Positions 7,833 to 17,244 are shown, counted from the stretch's first letter. The stretch is DNA of 37,561 bases from an uncultured Actinomycetes bacterium (GCA_903918325.1 CAIXDY010000035.1:1-37561), one strand, 5' to 3'. Program-made: numbers and translations. Notes: generated from the letters alone by a model not told the origin.

Positions 7833-9019
7833 GTGAAGAGGTCACTGCCCAAGCAACGATCCTTCATGTTGATATGGATGCATTTTTTGCATCAGTTGCC
7901 GAGCGCGATAATCCAGAGTTAAAAGGTAAGGCCGTAGTTATCGGTATGGGCGCACGTGGCGTTGTATCGGCGGCAAACTATGAAGCCCGCAAATTTGGTA
8001 TTCACTCGGCAATGCCGGTGGGCCGCGCACGTCGCTTAGCACCACATGCAATTTTCTTGCCAGTTGATATGCCGCGCTATCAAGAAGTCTCCGAACATGT
8101 CATGGAAATCTTCCAAAGCTTTACGCCATGGGTAGAACCGATTTCATTAGATGAGGCTTTTTTAGATGTAACTGGTTCGCAAAAATTACTGGGGACTGGC
8201 CGCGAAATTGCTGCAGCGATTCGCAAGAAAGTAGAGGATCAAGAGGGCATCACGTGTTCAGTAGGAATTGCACCTTCTAAGTTCATTGCAAAGTTAGCTT
8301 CGGCGCACTGCAAACCAAATGGAATGTTAGAGATAACTGCCGATCGCATTCTTACTTTTTTACATCCATTGCCGATTCAAGCAATGTGGGGAGTGGGGCC
8401 TAAAACCGCTGAAGTACTTGAACGGCTTGGTCTTCGCACCATTGAAGATATTGCAAAGCTACCTCGGACAACATTAATTCGCGCTTTAGGTGAAGCTAAT
8501 GGAGCCTCGTTGTATGAACTGGCATGGGGGCGCGATTACCGGGATGTAACACCGGAAGAGCCCGATCGCAGTATCAGCGCCGCTGAAACTTTTCCGCAAG
8601 ATTTAGATAACCCAGAAGAGATCCTTACCGAATTTTTGCGGCTGACAGAACGCGCTACTGCCAGATTGCGCGACCGTGAATTATTTGCAAAGACAATAAG
8701 CATCAAAGTGCGCTTTGCTGACTTCTCAACAATTAATCGCAGCAAAACTTTGCCGCTACCAATTGACAGTACTCACGATGTGTATGACGTAGTACGCCAG
8801 CTCTACCAAGCACTTCGCATCGAGAAAGCCAGACTTCGTTTAGTGGGAGTGTCACTGGAGAATTTGAGCCACGGTGCACCTGTGCAGTTAGTGCTCGGCG
8901 AGCGCGAAATAGGGTGGCGACAAGCTGAAGGAGCTATGGATAAGGCCCGTGCGCGCTTTGGACGCGGAAGTGTGCGCCCAGCCCGCCTGATAAAGAGCAG
9001 TGAAGAGGATGAGGATTAG
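7829..9019 (+). CDS. dinB: DNA polymerase IV (Y family), catalytic residues intact
   Basis: HVDMDAFFASV, SAANYEARKFG, SLDEAFLD and the little-finger motif RLVGV. Start at ATG 7829 overlaps the dnaE2 stop (ATGA). Confidence 0.93.
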   Translation: MSEEVTAQATILHVDMDAFFASVAERDNPELKGKAVVIGMGARGVVSAANYEARKFGIHSAMPVGRARRLAPHAIFLPVDMPRYQEVSEHVMEIFQSFTPWVEPISLDEAFLDVTGSQKLLGTGREIAAAIRKKVEDQEGITCSVGIAPSKFIAKLASAHCKPNGMLEITADRILTFLHPLPIQAMWGVGPKTAEVLERLGLRTIEDIAKLPRTTLIRALGEANGASLYELAWGRDYRDVTPEEPDRSISAAETFPQDLDNPEEILTEFLRLTERATARLRDRELFAKTISIKVRFADFSTINRSKTLPLPIDSTHDVYDVVRQLYQALRIEKARLRLVGVSLENLSHGAPVQLVLGEREIGWRQAEGAMDKARARFGRGSVRPARLIKSSEEDED

Positions 9020-9063
9020 TTTTTAAGTAGCCAGAGCGCATGTCTGTGTTCTATTGTTGGCCC

Positions 9064-9405
9064 ATGCCGTTGTCAGATCACGAAAAGCGAATGCTTCAAG
9101 AGATGGAAGCTGCCCTCATGACTGAGGATCCACGCTTAGTTTCTGCCCTTTCCGGGGATGCTAAGCCTTTAGGTCGTAACCGCATTCTCCTTGGCCTAGC
9201 TCTTATTGTTCTCGGCATCGTTGTTCTCTTTGGCGGCCTTATTGCAAAGCTGACACCAGTTGGCGTTCTCGGTTTCATCATCGCGCTAGGTGGGGTAATC
9301 ACAGCTATCTCTTCCATGGGACGGCCGTCATTGCCCAAGGGCAAGGGTGGATCAAAGCTCGGCGCTCGCATGGAACAACGGTGGGATAAGCGCAATAACC
9401 AGTAA
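9064..9405 (+). CDS. DUF3040 family small membrane protein
   Basis: MPLSDHEKRMLQEMEAALMTEDP, two TM helices and a C-terminal RMEQRWDKR; usual position upstream of actinobacterial mraZ. Start at ATG 9064. Confidence 0.85.
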   Translation: MPLSDHEKRMLQEMEAALMTEDPRLVSALSGDAKPLGRNRILLGLALIVLGIVVLFGGLIAKLTPVGVLGFIIALGGVITAISSMGRPSLPKGKGGSKLGARMEQRWDKRNNQ

Positions 9406-9427
9406 ATAGTTCGTAGGTTTCACATCC

Positions 9428-9453
9428 AGGGCTCCCGAAAGGGGGCCCTTTTT
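9428..9453 (+). terminator. Rho-independent terminator
   Basis: GGGCTCCC-GAAA-GGGGGCCC stem with a GNRA loop, followed by TTTTT. Confidence 0.88.
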
Positions 9454-9467
9454 CATGCTCAGAAGCG

Positions 9468-9544
9468 GTGGGGGCCGATGGGGGCAAAGGGGAAAATAGT
9501 GGCGAAAGGTGGTTGAAAAAGGAGGAAAGTGGAGTAAAGTGGGG
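9468..9544 (+). repeat. MraZ-binding direct repeat array (about 10 bp period, 8 units)
   Basis: GTGG or variant cores at 9468, 9478, 9489, 9499, 9509, 9519, 9529 and 9539, most separated by A-rich spacers, upstream of mraZ. Confidence 0.8.
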
Positions 9545-9595
9545 AATTAAGCGCGGAAAGTAAGCGCAGCGAACCTGGGGAAGGGGGCGCTGAAA

Positions 9596-10027
9596 ATGTT
9601 TCTTGGCACCCACGAGCCACGTCTTGATGACAAAGGTCGCCTGATTTTGCCCGCGAAGTTTCGCGAAGAGTTAGCTGCAGGTTTAGTTATTACTAAAGGC
9701 CAAGAACGTTGTCTTTATGTTTTTCCATCACATGAGTTTTCTGTAATTACCGAAACGCTAAAACAAGCGCCAGTCACTGCGAAATCAGCACGCGATTACA
9801 TGCGTGTGATGTTTGCAGGTGCACACGATGAAATTCCAGATCGCCAAGGTCGCGTAACTATTCCGCAAGGGCTTCGTACATATGCAGGTCTTGAAAAAGA
9901 TTGCATTGTTATTGGTGCAAATACTCGCGTTGAAATTTGGGATGCAACTTCTTGGAATGAATATCTAGCAGATCGCGAAAAGGGTTTTGCTGATGTTTCA
10001 GAGGAGGTATTCCCGGGCTTGTTCTAA
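9596..10027 (+). CDS. mraZ: Transcriptional regulator MraZ
   Basis: [19 protein letters not shown] and DRQGRVTIP (two SpoVT-AbrB repeats); 143 aa; first gene of the dcw cluster. Confidence 0.97.
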   Translation: MFLGTHEPRLDDKGRLILPAKFREELAAGLVITKGQERCLYVFPSHEFSVITETLKQAPVTAKSARDYMRVMFAGAHDEIPDRQGRVTIPQGLRTYAGLEKDCIVIGANTRVEIWDATSWNEYLADREKGFADVSEEVFPGLF

Positions 10028-10130
10028 CTCTCTCGTTTGTGGCCACCGCCGACCTTTCGAAAATATCGGCGCCCCTTCCCCGGCGCCGCTATCAAACAGA
10101 TCCGTCGGCCGGCGGTGACCAGAGATGAGA
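10028..10130 (+). ncRNA. mraW RNA motif (actinobacterial cis-regulatory hairpin)
   Basis: Apical stem CGGCGCC/GGCGCCG (10067-10088) closes the loop CCUUCCCC. Outer pairing is TGGCCACCGCCGAC with GTCGGCCGGCGGTGACCA. It lies between mraZ and rsmH (mraW), as known for this motif. Confidence 0.85.
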
Positions 10131-10181
10131 GCACTGCAGTAAAGAAGAAAGTTCGAATCGCTTAATTGAAAGGGGGAAGAT

Positions 10182-11135
10182 ATGACTAGCAATATTGCAC
10201 ATGTATCTGTGATGCGCGATCGTTGTATTGATTTATTGACCCCTGCAATTACCGCAGCTACACATCCAGTTGTTGTTGATGCAACCCTTGGTTTTGGCGG
10301 ACACACTGAAGCGTTACTTACTAAATTTCCACATTTAACCGTCATTGGAATCGATCGCGATACTGATGCACTTGCGGCAGCAACTGCCCGCTTGGCACCA
10401 TTTTCTGATCGGCTACTGACATCACATGCAACTTTTGATGCTATTGCAGATGTAGTCGCCTCACATGGTTTCACAAAAATCGACGGCGCTTTATTTGATC
10501 TCGGTGTCTCATCAATGCAATTGGATCAAAGCGAACGTGGTTTCTCTTATTCTCAGGATGCTCCACTTGATATGCGCATGGACCGCACCCAATCTTTGAC
10601 TGCGGCAGAGATTGTCAATACATATGCACCAGGGCAATTAGTAAAGATTCTGCGCACATATGGTGAAGAAAAGTTTGCAACTCGAGTTGTTGAATCAATC
10701 GTTAAAGCTCGTGCCATTGCACCGTTGAATTCAACGTCGCATTTAGCTGCACTAGTAAAAGATGCGATTCCTGCAGCTACGCGTCGTACAGGTGGAAATC
10801 CAGCAAAGCGTACTTTCCAAGCACTTCGTATCGAAACTAATGATGAATTAGGTGCAATTACGCGCGCGCTTCCCGCAGCTCTGAGTTTGCTCAATGTCGG
10901 CGCACGTCTAGTGGTGATGTCTTTTCAGTCTCTAGAAGATCGAATTGTTAAAGAGCTTTTCATTGCATCAACTACTTCAGGAACTCCACGCAATCTTCCT
11001 TTTGAACTTCCAGAATTTGCCGCCAAATTTTCACTTGTAGTTCGCGGAAGTGAAACACCAACTGAACAAGAACTCAACGAGAACCCACGCTCGGCATCAG
11101 TTCGTTTGCGTGCAATCGAAAGGATAGCTGCATAA
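10182..11135 (+). CDS. rsmH: 16S rRNA m4C1402 methyltransferase
   Basis: VDATLGFGGH, DLGVSSMQLD, PLDMRM, FQALRI, SLEDRIVK and NPRSAS. Confidence 0.97.
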   Translation: MTSNIAHVSVMRDRCIDLLTPAITAATHPVVVDATLGFGGHTEALLTKFPHLTVIGIDRDTDALAAATARLAPFSDRLLTSHATFDAIADVVASHGFTKIDGALFDLGVSSMQLDQSERGFSYSQDAPLDMRMDRTQSLTAAEIVNTYAPGQLVKILRTYGEEKFATRVVESIVKARAIAPLNSTSHLAALVKDAIPAATRRTGGNPAKRTFQALRIETNDELGAITRALPAALSLLNVGARLVVMSFQSLEDRIVKELFIASTTSGTPRNLPFELPEFAAKFSLVVRGSETPTEQELNENPRSASVRLRAIERIAA

Positions 11136-11542
11136 TGGCCATGACCGCTTTCGCTCCAGCGATTACACGTTCTCGAGAAAAGATTGTTACAAAGACGGCT
11201 GAAGTTGCACTCAAACTTGTTCCAGATGCATCGGCTGATACACAAGAGAGTCGTAAGTATTTTGCTAAATTTGTTTCAGTAATTGGTGTTTTCACTCTTC
11301 TGTTTTTGCTTTTTATTAATACTTTATTAGCCCAGGATGCTTTTACCTTAAGCCATCTTAAAGTTGAAGCCAAGATGGTCAGTGATCAGCGCGAAGCCAT
11401 TGCGCGCCAAATGGATAATCTTTCTTCACCTGAAAATCTTGCAAAAGCTGCTACTGCGCTAGGCATGAAACCATCTGATAGCCCAACATATTTAAATCTC
11501 GATCAAGTTGTAGATACCCAGAAAGTTACAACGCATGGGTAA
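11135..11542 (+). CDS. ftsL: Cell division protein FtsL-like
   Basis: Single TM, then a coiled coil ending SSPENLAKAATALGM; lies between rsmH and ftsI. Confidence 0.75.
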   Translation: MAMTAFAPAITRSREKIVTKTAEVALKLVPDASADTQESRKYFAKFVSVIGVFTLLFLLFINTLLAQDAFTLSHLKVEAKMVSDQREAIARQMDNLSSPENLAKAATALGMKPSDSPTYLNLDQVVDTQKVTTHG

Positions 11543-13334
11543 TTTCTCTCTCACACATAATCGAATTCGAAGCCTGATATTTGTTATGGCTTTGGTTATG
11601 TTTCTATTTGGACTGCGCTTAGTTCAAGTTCAAGCGGTTCAAGCAGGGGAGTATCGAGCACGTGCAGTAAATGAAATGGAAAATACAAAATCCTTGCCAG
11701 CGCCTCGAGGAGTAATTACCGATATAAATGGCGTTGCTTTCGCACGCAGCGTTGCGGCAATCAGCATCGTTGTGGATCAAACTCAAATTACTGATCCAGC
11801 GCGAGTAGCCAATTTTGTCGCTCCTATAGTGGGATTAACTGCTGCCGAAGTTCAAGCAAGCATTTCGGGTACTCGCAAATGGAATATGGTTTTGCAAAAT
11901 GGGCAACCAGCTGTGTGGCGCAAACTTTCGGCAGCCCTTGCTGATTACAACGCGCCACTTCCGGCAATGAGCCCACAAAGAATTATTGGGTTTTATCCAG
12001 AGCGTGGATATATTCGTGACTATCCATCAGGTTCCTTAATTGCTTCCTTAATTGGTTTCGTCAACCGCGCGGGTGTTGGCGCAACGGGACTTGAATCAAG
12101 CATGAACTCAGTGATTTCCGGGGTGGATGGCAAGTATTCATTTGCTAATGGTTACGGCGCTGAAATTCCGGGATCGCAATCTGAAATTATTCCTGCACAA
12201 AGCGGAACTTCAGTTCGTTTAACTATAGATCGCGATGTGCAGTGGGTAGCAGAAGCTGCAATTGCCCAAGCAGTTAAAGCATCTGGGGCAATCAGTGGCA
12301 CAGTCATTGTGATGAACCCTAAAACGGGAGAAATTTTGGCGCATGCAACTGCACCTACATTTGATCCTAATAACACGTCAAAAGTTTCTTTAGCTGCCAT
12401 GCGAAATCCTTCGGTACAAGATGTTTATGAACCAGGTTCAACGGGCAAAGTAATGACTATGTCGGCTGCGATCGAAGAAAAGAAAGTTACTCCGGATACT
12501 GTCTTTACGGTTCCTTACGCGCTTTCACGCGCAGGTTCTATATTCCGCGATCACCAAAAACATGCGACGCTGCGATTAACGACTTCAGGAATTTTGGCAG
12601 AATCAAGCAACACTGGCTCAATTCAAGTAGGAGAACTACTTTCACATGATGTTCTGTATTCATATTTAACTAAATTCGGTGTTGGAACAAAAACTGGATC
12701 TGGATTGCCTGGCGAATCAGCAGGAATTTTGCCTAAAGTTGCGAGTTGGTCGGGCACTACAGCACCAACGGTGGCATTTGGTCAGGGCTATTCCTTAACT
12801 GCCATGCAAGCCACAAGTATTTTTGCAACTATTGCAAATGATGGTGTGCGAGTTTCCCCAACTGTAATTGCTGGAACTAGTGATGCAAGCGGAAATTTCA
12901 CTCCGGCCGCGGGACGGACAAGCCAACGCGTGATAAGTGCCGAGACTGCACAAACTATGCGATTGATGATGGAGAGTGTTGTTTCAGCAAATGGAACCGC
13001 TCCGACCGCAGCAATTCCCGGTTACCGCGTGGCCGGAAAGACTGGAACTGCAATGCGCGTAGATGATTCTTGCGGTTGCTATCGCGGATATACCGCCTCA
13101 TTTATTGGTTTTGCTCCGGCAGATAAACCAGCTTATGTAATCAGCGTGACGATTCAGGATCCAAAAGGTTTGCACTGGGGTGGAGCTCTTGGTGGGCCAG
13201 TGTTTAAGAAAGTTATGACTTTTGTTTTACAAAGCCGACACATCGCTCCAACAGGAACCACAATTGTGCCCGTTGCCTTAAATGAGAAAGAACTTCTAGC
13301 TAAGAAGGCTGCGAATGCAACGGCCACTAAATAG
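11535..13334 (+). CDS. ftsI: Class B penicillin-binding protein (PBP3/FtsI)
   Basis: N-terminal TM, RGxIxD, transpeptidase motifs EPGSTGK (SxxK), SSN (SxN) and KTG. Confidence 0.95.
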   Translation: MGNFSLTHNRIRSLIFVMALVMFLFGLRLVQVQAVQAGEYRARAVNEMENTKSLPAPRGVITDINGVAFARSVAAISIVVDQTQITDPARVANFVAPIVGLTAAEVQASISGTRKWNMVLQNGQPAVWRKLSAALADYNAPLPAMSPQRIIGFYPERGYIRDYPSGSLIASLIGFVNRAGVGATGLESSMNSVISGVDGKYSFANGYGAEIPGSQSEIIPAQSGTSVRLTIDRDVQWVAEAAIAQAVKASGAISGTVIVMNPKTGEILAHATAPTFDPNNTSKVSLAAMRNPSVQDVYEPGSTGKVMTMSAAIEEKKVTPDTVFTVPYALSRAGSIFRDHQKHATLRLTTSGILAESSNTGSIQVGELLSHDVLYSYLTKFGVGTKTGSGLPGESAGILPKVASWSGTTAPTVAFGQGYSLTAMQATSIFATIANDGVRVSPTVIAGTSDASGNFTPAAGRTSQRVISAETAQTMRLMMESVVSANGTAPTAAIPGYRVAGKTGTAMRVDDSCGCYRGYTASFIGFAPADKPAYVISVTIQDPKGLHWGGALGGPVFKKVMTFVLQSRHIAPTGTTIVPVALNEKELLAKKAANATATK

Positions 13335-14805
13335 CAACAATAAAAAACTTAGCGCTTTGGCCGCCATTATTGGTGCTGATTGTGAAGTGAGTGAAATTAG
13401 TTCTATTGAAATTTCTGGGATAACGCAATCAAGTAGTGCAGTCACAACGGGAGATCTTTTCATCGCTCTGCCCGGACAAAATCACCACGGTGCTCAGTTT
13501 GCAGCCGATGCGATTTCTCGGGGAGCAGTTGCAGTTTTAACCGATGCCGAAGGCGCAGCGCAGATCAAAGGAATTCCAGTTTTGATTTCCAGTAATCCGC
13601 GCCGTGCTGCAGGCATCGCAAGTGCTTGGTTTTATTCCGAACCAATGCGCGATCTGTATAGCGTGGGTGTGACTGGGACAAATGGTAAGACGACAGTTAC
13701 AACGCTCTTACATCAGATCATGACAAGTGCCGGACGCGACAGTGGATTGATTGGAACTGTTGAAGTGCGCATCGGATCTGAGTCAATAGCAAGTAAGCGA
13801 ACAACCCCGGAGAGTAGTGATTTACAAGCACTCTCTGCCGTTATGCGCGAGCGTCATATGCGAAATTTAGTAATGGAAGTTTCAAGCCATGCAATAACTT
13901 TAGAACGAATTCGGGGTAGCCACTTCGCTGTTGTCGGATTTACTAATCTTTCCCAGGACCACTTGGACTTTCATAAGGATATGGAAGATTATTTCCAAGC
14001 AAAAGCTAAATTATTCACTTTTGAATACGGAGATTTAGCGGTTATTAATATTGACGATACATATGGCAAGCGCTTAGCGGCGCAAACTGAATTACCGGTT
14101 CTGACTGTGTCCCGGTTAGATACCCAGGCTAACTGGCACTTCAGTGCAATTACCTCAGATTATGTTGGAGCGTCAGTATCCATACGAGGCAGTGGCGGGA
14201 TTTTAATTGAGGGTAAAACGCAGTTACATGGCGGATTTAATTACGACAACTTATTAATGGCAGTTGCGATAGCGGTGGAAAGTGGAATTGATCCCATTGA
14301 TATCGCCGCAATCCTTCCTTCGCTCACTGGGGCCGCTGGCCGGCTTGAAGCGGTTAATCTTGGGCAGAATTTCACCGCGCTTGTCGATTATGCGCATTCA
14401 CCAGATGCAGTTAAAAGAGTGTTAGAAACCGCGCATGAAATTAGCGATGGAAAAGTCATTGCAGTTTTAGGCTGCGGGGGAGATCGAGACAAAACTAAGC
14501 GGACTTTGATGGGACAGGTTCTGCATGAAGGTGCCGATATCGCTATTTATACAAGTGATAATCCACGCTCGGAAAAACCTGAAGAGATTTTGGTGCAGAT
14601 GGTGCTCGATATTCAAGTAACGCCGCCAAATGAAGTAATTGTCGATCGAGCACAAGCAATTCAAAGTGCAGTGAATTTAGCGCAAGCTGGCGACGTGGTA
14701 ATAATTTTGGGAAAGGGCCACGAAAAAGGCCAAGAAGTCGCGGGAATAGTGCATGAATTTGATGATCGAATTGAATTAGCTAAAGCAATTGAGGATAAAA
14801 AATGA
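13315..14805 (+). CDS. murE: UDP-MurNAc-L-Ala-D-Glu:diaminopimelate ligase
   Basis: GVTGTNGKTT, MEVSSH, DHLDFH, DYAH, GCGGDRD and GKGHE. The DNPR motif indicates DAP specificity. Confidence 0.96.
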   Translation: MQRPLNSNNKKLSALAAIIGADCEVSEISSIEISGITQSSSAVTTGDLFIALPGQNHHGAQFAADAISRGAVAVLTDAEGAAQIKGIPVLISSNPRRAAGIASAWFYSEPMRDLYSVGVTGTNGKTTVTTLLHQIMTSAGRDSGLIGTVEVRIGSESIASKRTTPESSDLQALSAVMRERHMRNLVMEVSSHAITLERIRGSHFAVVGFTNLSQDHLDFHKDMEDYFQAKAKLFTFEYGDLAVINIDDTYGKRLAAQTELPVLTVSRLDTQANWHFSAITSDYVGASVSIRGSGGILIEGKTQLHGGFNYDNLLMAVAIAVESGIDPIDIAAILPSLTGAAGRLEAVNLGQNFTALVDYAHSPDAVKRVLETAHEISDGKVIAVLGCGGDRDKTKRTLMGQVLHEGADIAIYTSDNPRSEKPEEILVQMVLDIQVTPPNEVIVDRAQAIQSAVNLAQAGDVVIILGKGHEKGQEVAGIVHEFDDRIELAKAIEDKK

Positions 14806-16178
14806 TCACCTTAACTGCAGGCGAAATCGCCTTATTAGTGGGTGGGCAAATTTATTGCGATAAAGATTTACTTGTATCGAAAGCGCCGGTCTTTGATTCG
14901 CGACTAGCAACACCAGGATCTTTCTTTCTAGCCCTTAAAGGCGAGAAAGCCGATGGACACGAGTTTGCCGCTGATGCTTACCGTAATGGCTCGATGTTTG
15001 CTTTAACCTCACATCGCATTGATGGTCCATGCATTGTTGTAGGCGACGTCGTAGAAGCACTATCAATTATCGCAACTTTTGTTCGAAAGCGTTTAGATAA
15101 GTTAACGGTCATTGGAATCACTGGATCGCAGGGCAAGACAAGTACGAAAGATTTATTAGCTCATATGTTGGGTGCAGTTGGACCAACAGTTGCTCCGGGG
15201 GGCTCTTTTAATAATGATCTTGGCCTTCCAGTAACTTTATTGGAATGCGATGACCGAACTCGTTTTTGTATTTTAGAAATGGGCGCACGACATCAGGGCG
15301 ACATTGCACGTCTGTGCTCGATTGCTGCGCCAAATATCGGTGTTGTACTTACGGTTGGAACAGCTCACATTGGAGAATTTGGTTCGCAAGCCGCAATTGC
15401 CCAAACAAAAGGGGAGTTGATCCAGTCACTTGCACCGGATGGAATCGCAATTTTAGGTTCGTATGATGAATTCACGCCAGCAATGATTAACTTGCATAAA
15501 GGAAAAACAATTATTTTCGGTGAAAAAAGCGATGTGGAAGTCCGTGCTACCGATGTTGAAATGCGCGAAGGACGCCCACATTTTGATTTAGTGACACCGG
15601 CTGGAAGAGACGCGGTTGGCATGAGACTTATTGGCGCACATCAAATTTCTAATGCACTTGCTGTTGCCGCAGTTGGTACTGCACTTTCTTTGCCACTGGA
15701 ATTAATCGCCAGCTCATTATCTACCGCTGAAATTTCAAGTAAGTGGCGTATGGAAATGCATGAGTGTGAAGATTTACTCATCATTAACGATTCCTATAAC
15801 GCCAACCCAGCTTCGATGGCGGCAGCCCTTCGCACACTCGTTCTATTTGCTCAAGAACGGGGAGGAGCTGCGTGGGCATTTGTAGGAAAGATGCACGAAC
15901 TCGGCGAGTCACAAGCCGAACAGAGCGCAAAAATTGGCACCCTTGCCCTTGAACTTGGTATCGATCACTTAGTTGTAGTCAATGCCCCAGAGTATGGATC
16001 TCCCGAAGGATCTATGAGCGTTCATCATCGTCCCACAATCGATTCAGCCTTGGATTTATTGGAACATTTCGCCCCTGGCGATGTAGTTTTAGTAAAAGCT
16101 TCACGTTCAGAACAATTTCAAGTTTTAGCAAGTGAACTAGAAAGATTATGGTTAGAAAAGGTGGGGGCTATAGAATGA
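14802..16178 (+). CDS. murF: UDP-MurNAc-tripeptide:D-Ala-D-Ala ligase
   Basis: GITGSQGKTSTK, SFNNDLGLP, LEMGAR, NDSYNANP and VLVKASR. Confidence 0.96.
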   Translation: MITLTAGEIALLVGGQIYCDKDLLVSKAPVFDSRLATPGSFFLALKGEKADGHEFAADAYRNGSMFALTSHRIDGPCIVVGDVVEALSIIATFVRKRLDKLTVIGITGSQGKTSTKDLLAHMLGAVGPTVAPGGSFNNDLGLPVTLLECDDRTRFCILEMGARHQGDIARLCSIAAPNIGVVLTVGTAHIGEFGSQAAIAQTKGELIQSLAPDGIAILGSYDEFTPAMINLHKGKTIIFGEKSDVEVRATDVEMREGRPHFDLVTPAGRDAVGMRLIGAHQISNALAVAAVGTALSLPLELIASSLSTAEISSKWRMEMHECEDLLIINDSYNANPASMAAALRTLVLFAQERGGAAWAFVGKMHELGESQAEQSAKIGTLALELGIDHLVVVNAPEYGSPEGSMSVHHRPTIDSALDLLEHFAPGDVVLVKASRSEQFQVLASELERLWLEKVGAIE

Positions 16179-17239
16179 CAAGAATTTTGATTGCAGGTGC
16201 AATCGCACTGGCATTTGCCCTCTTTGGAACTAAAGGTTTAATCCACATTCTTGCTGGACGTGGTTATGGCCAAATAATCCGCGATGATGGTCCATCGACG
16301 CATAAAACTAAACATGGCACTCCTACTATGGGCGGCATTATTTTTATCTCAGCAGCCATCATTGGTTACTTAGTTGCACATCTATTAACGAGTACGCCGA
16401 TGACTACTTCCGCCCTGCTTGTGATTGGCTTAGTAATTGGTTTAGGTTTTGTAGGTTTCTTAGATGATTGGCTAAAAGTTTCTAAACAAAATTCACGTGG
16501 CTTAAAAGGTCGATATAAATTATTGGCTCAGGCTGGGCTTGCTGGGGCTTTTGGTTTCTTTGGTTTACGTTTTCCCGATGAGTTTCATTTGACTCCAATT
16601 TCACAGTATCTTTCAGGAGTAAGCGAAACCACAATATTTCTTGGAACTGGCCTTGTAATTATCTTCATTATTTTGATGGTGATGTCGGCAAGTAATGGAG
16701 TAAATCTGACGGATGGTTTAGATGGTTTAGCAACCGGTGCCACCATCATGACTTTCTTAGCCTTTGTTTTAATTGGAGTTTGGGAGTTTGGTCAGAGTTG
16801 TGCGATTGGCGCTATTGCAACCACGAGCTGTTATCAAGTTCGAGATCCACTTGATTTAGCCGTTCTTGCTGCAGCATTTGCTGGCGGATGCACAGGTTTC
16901 TTGTGGTGGAACACGGCCCCAGCAAAAATAATTATGGGAGACACCGGTTCTCTTGCGCTGGGTGCTGCGATTGCTGGATTTGCGGCGACTTTACGCGTAG
17001 AACTTCTTCTGATTCCACTAGGTGGACTGTTTGTAATAATCACCATGTCGGTTGTTATTCAAACGCTGTATTTCAAAATCAGTGGGGGAAAGCGCGTATT
17101 TAAAATGGCGCCGCTACATCATCACTTTGAACTCAAAGGCTGGGCCGAAATTACTGTTGTAATTCGTTTTTGGATCATCGCTGGCTTGAGTGTTGCTGGG
17201 GGAATTGGTCTCTTCTATGCCCAGTGGGTAGTTAAGTAA
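16175..17239 (+). CDS. mraY: Phospho-MurNAc-pentapeptide translocase
   Basis: KHGTPTMGG, GFLDD, NLTDGLDGL, MGDTGS and MAPLHHHFE. Start at ATG 16175 (ATGA overlap with murF). Confidence 0.96.
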   Translation: MTRILIAGAIALAFALFGTKGLIHILAGRGYGQIIRDDGPSTHKTKHGTPTMGGIIFISAAIIGYLVAHLLTSTPMTTSALLVIGLVIGLGFVGFLDDWLKVSKQNSRGLKGRYKLLAQAGLAGAFGFFGLRFPDEFHLTPISQYLSGVSETTIFLGTGLVIIFIILMVMSASNGVNLTDGLDGLATGATIMTFLAFVLIGVWEFGQSCAIGAIATTSCYQVRDPLDLAVLAAAFAGGCTGFLWWNTAPAKIIMGDTGSLALGAAIAGFAATLRVELLLIPLGGLFVIITMSVVIQTLYFKISGGKRVFKMAPLHHHFELKGWAEITVVIRFWIIAGLSVAGGIGLFYAQWVVK

Positions 17240-17244
17240 CTCCT

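Noticed and set aside
9441-9590. G-quadruplex or CRISPR-like interpretation of the G-run tract
   Set aside because: The terminator stem, phased MraZ boxes and SD explain the G-runs, and there are no unique spacers. A G4 cannot be strictly excluded.
13065-13085. CGC (CxC) motif in FtsI and the paired Cys in the MraY loop
   Set aside because: These appear to be ordinary features of actinobacterial orthologs rather than novelties.
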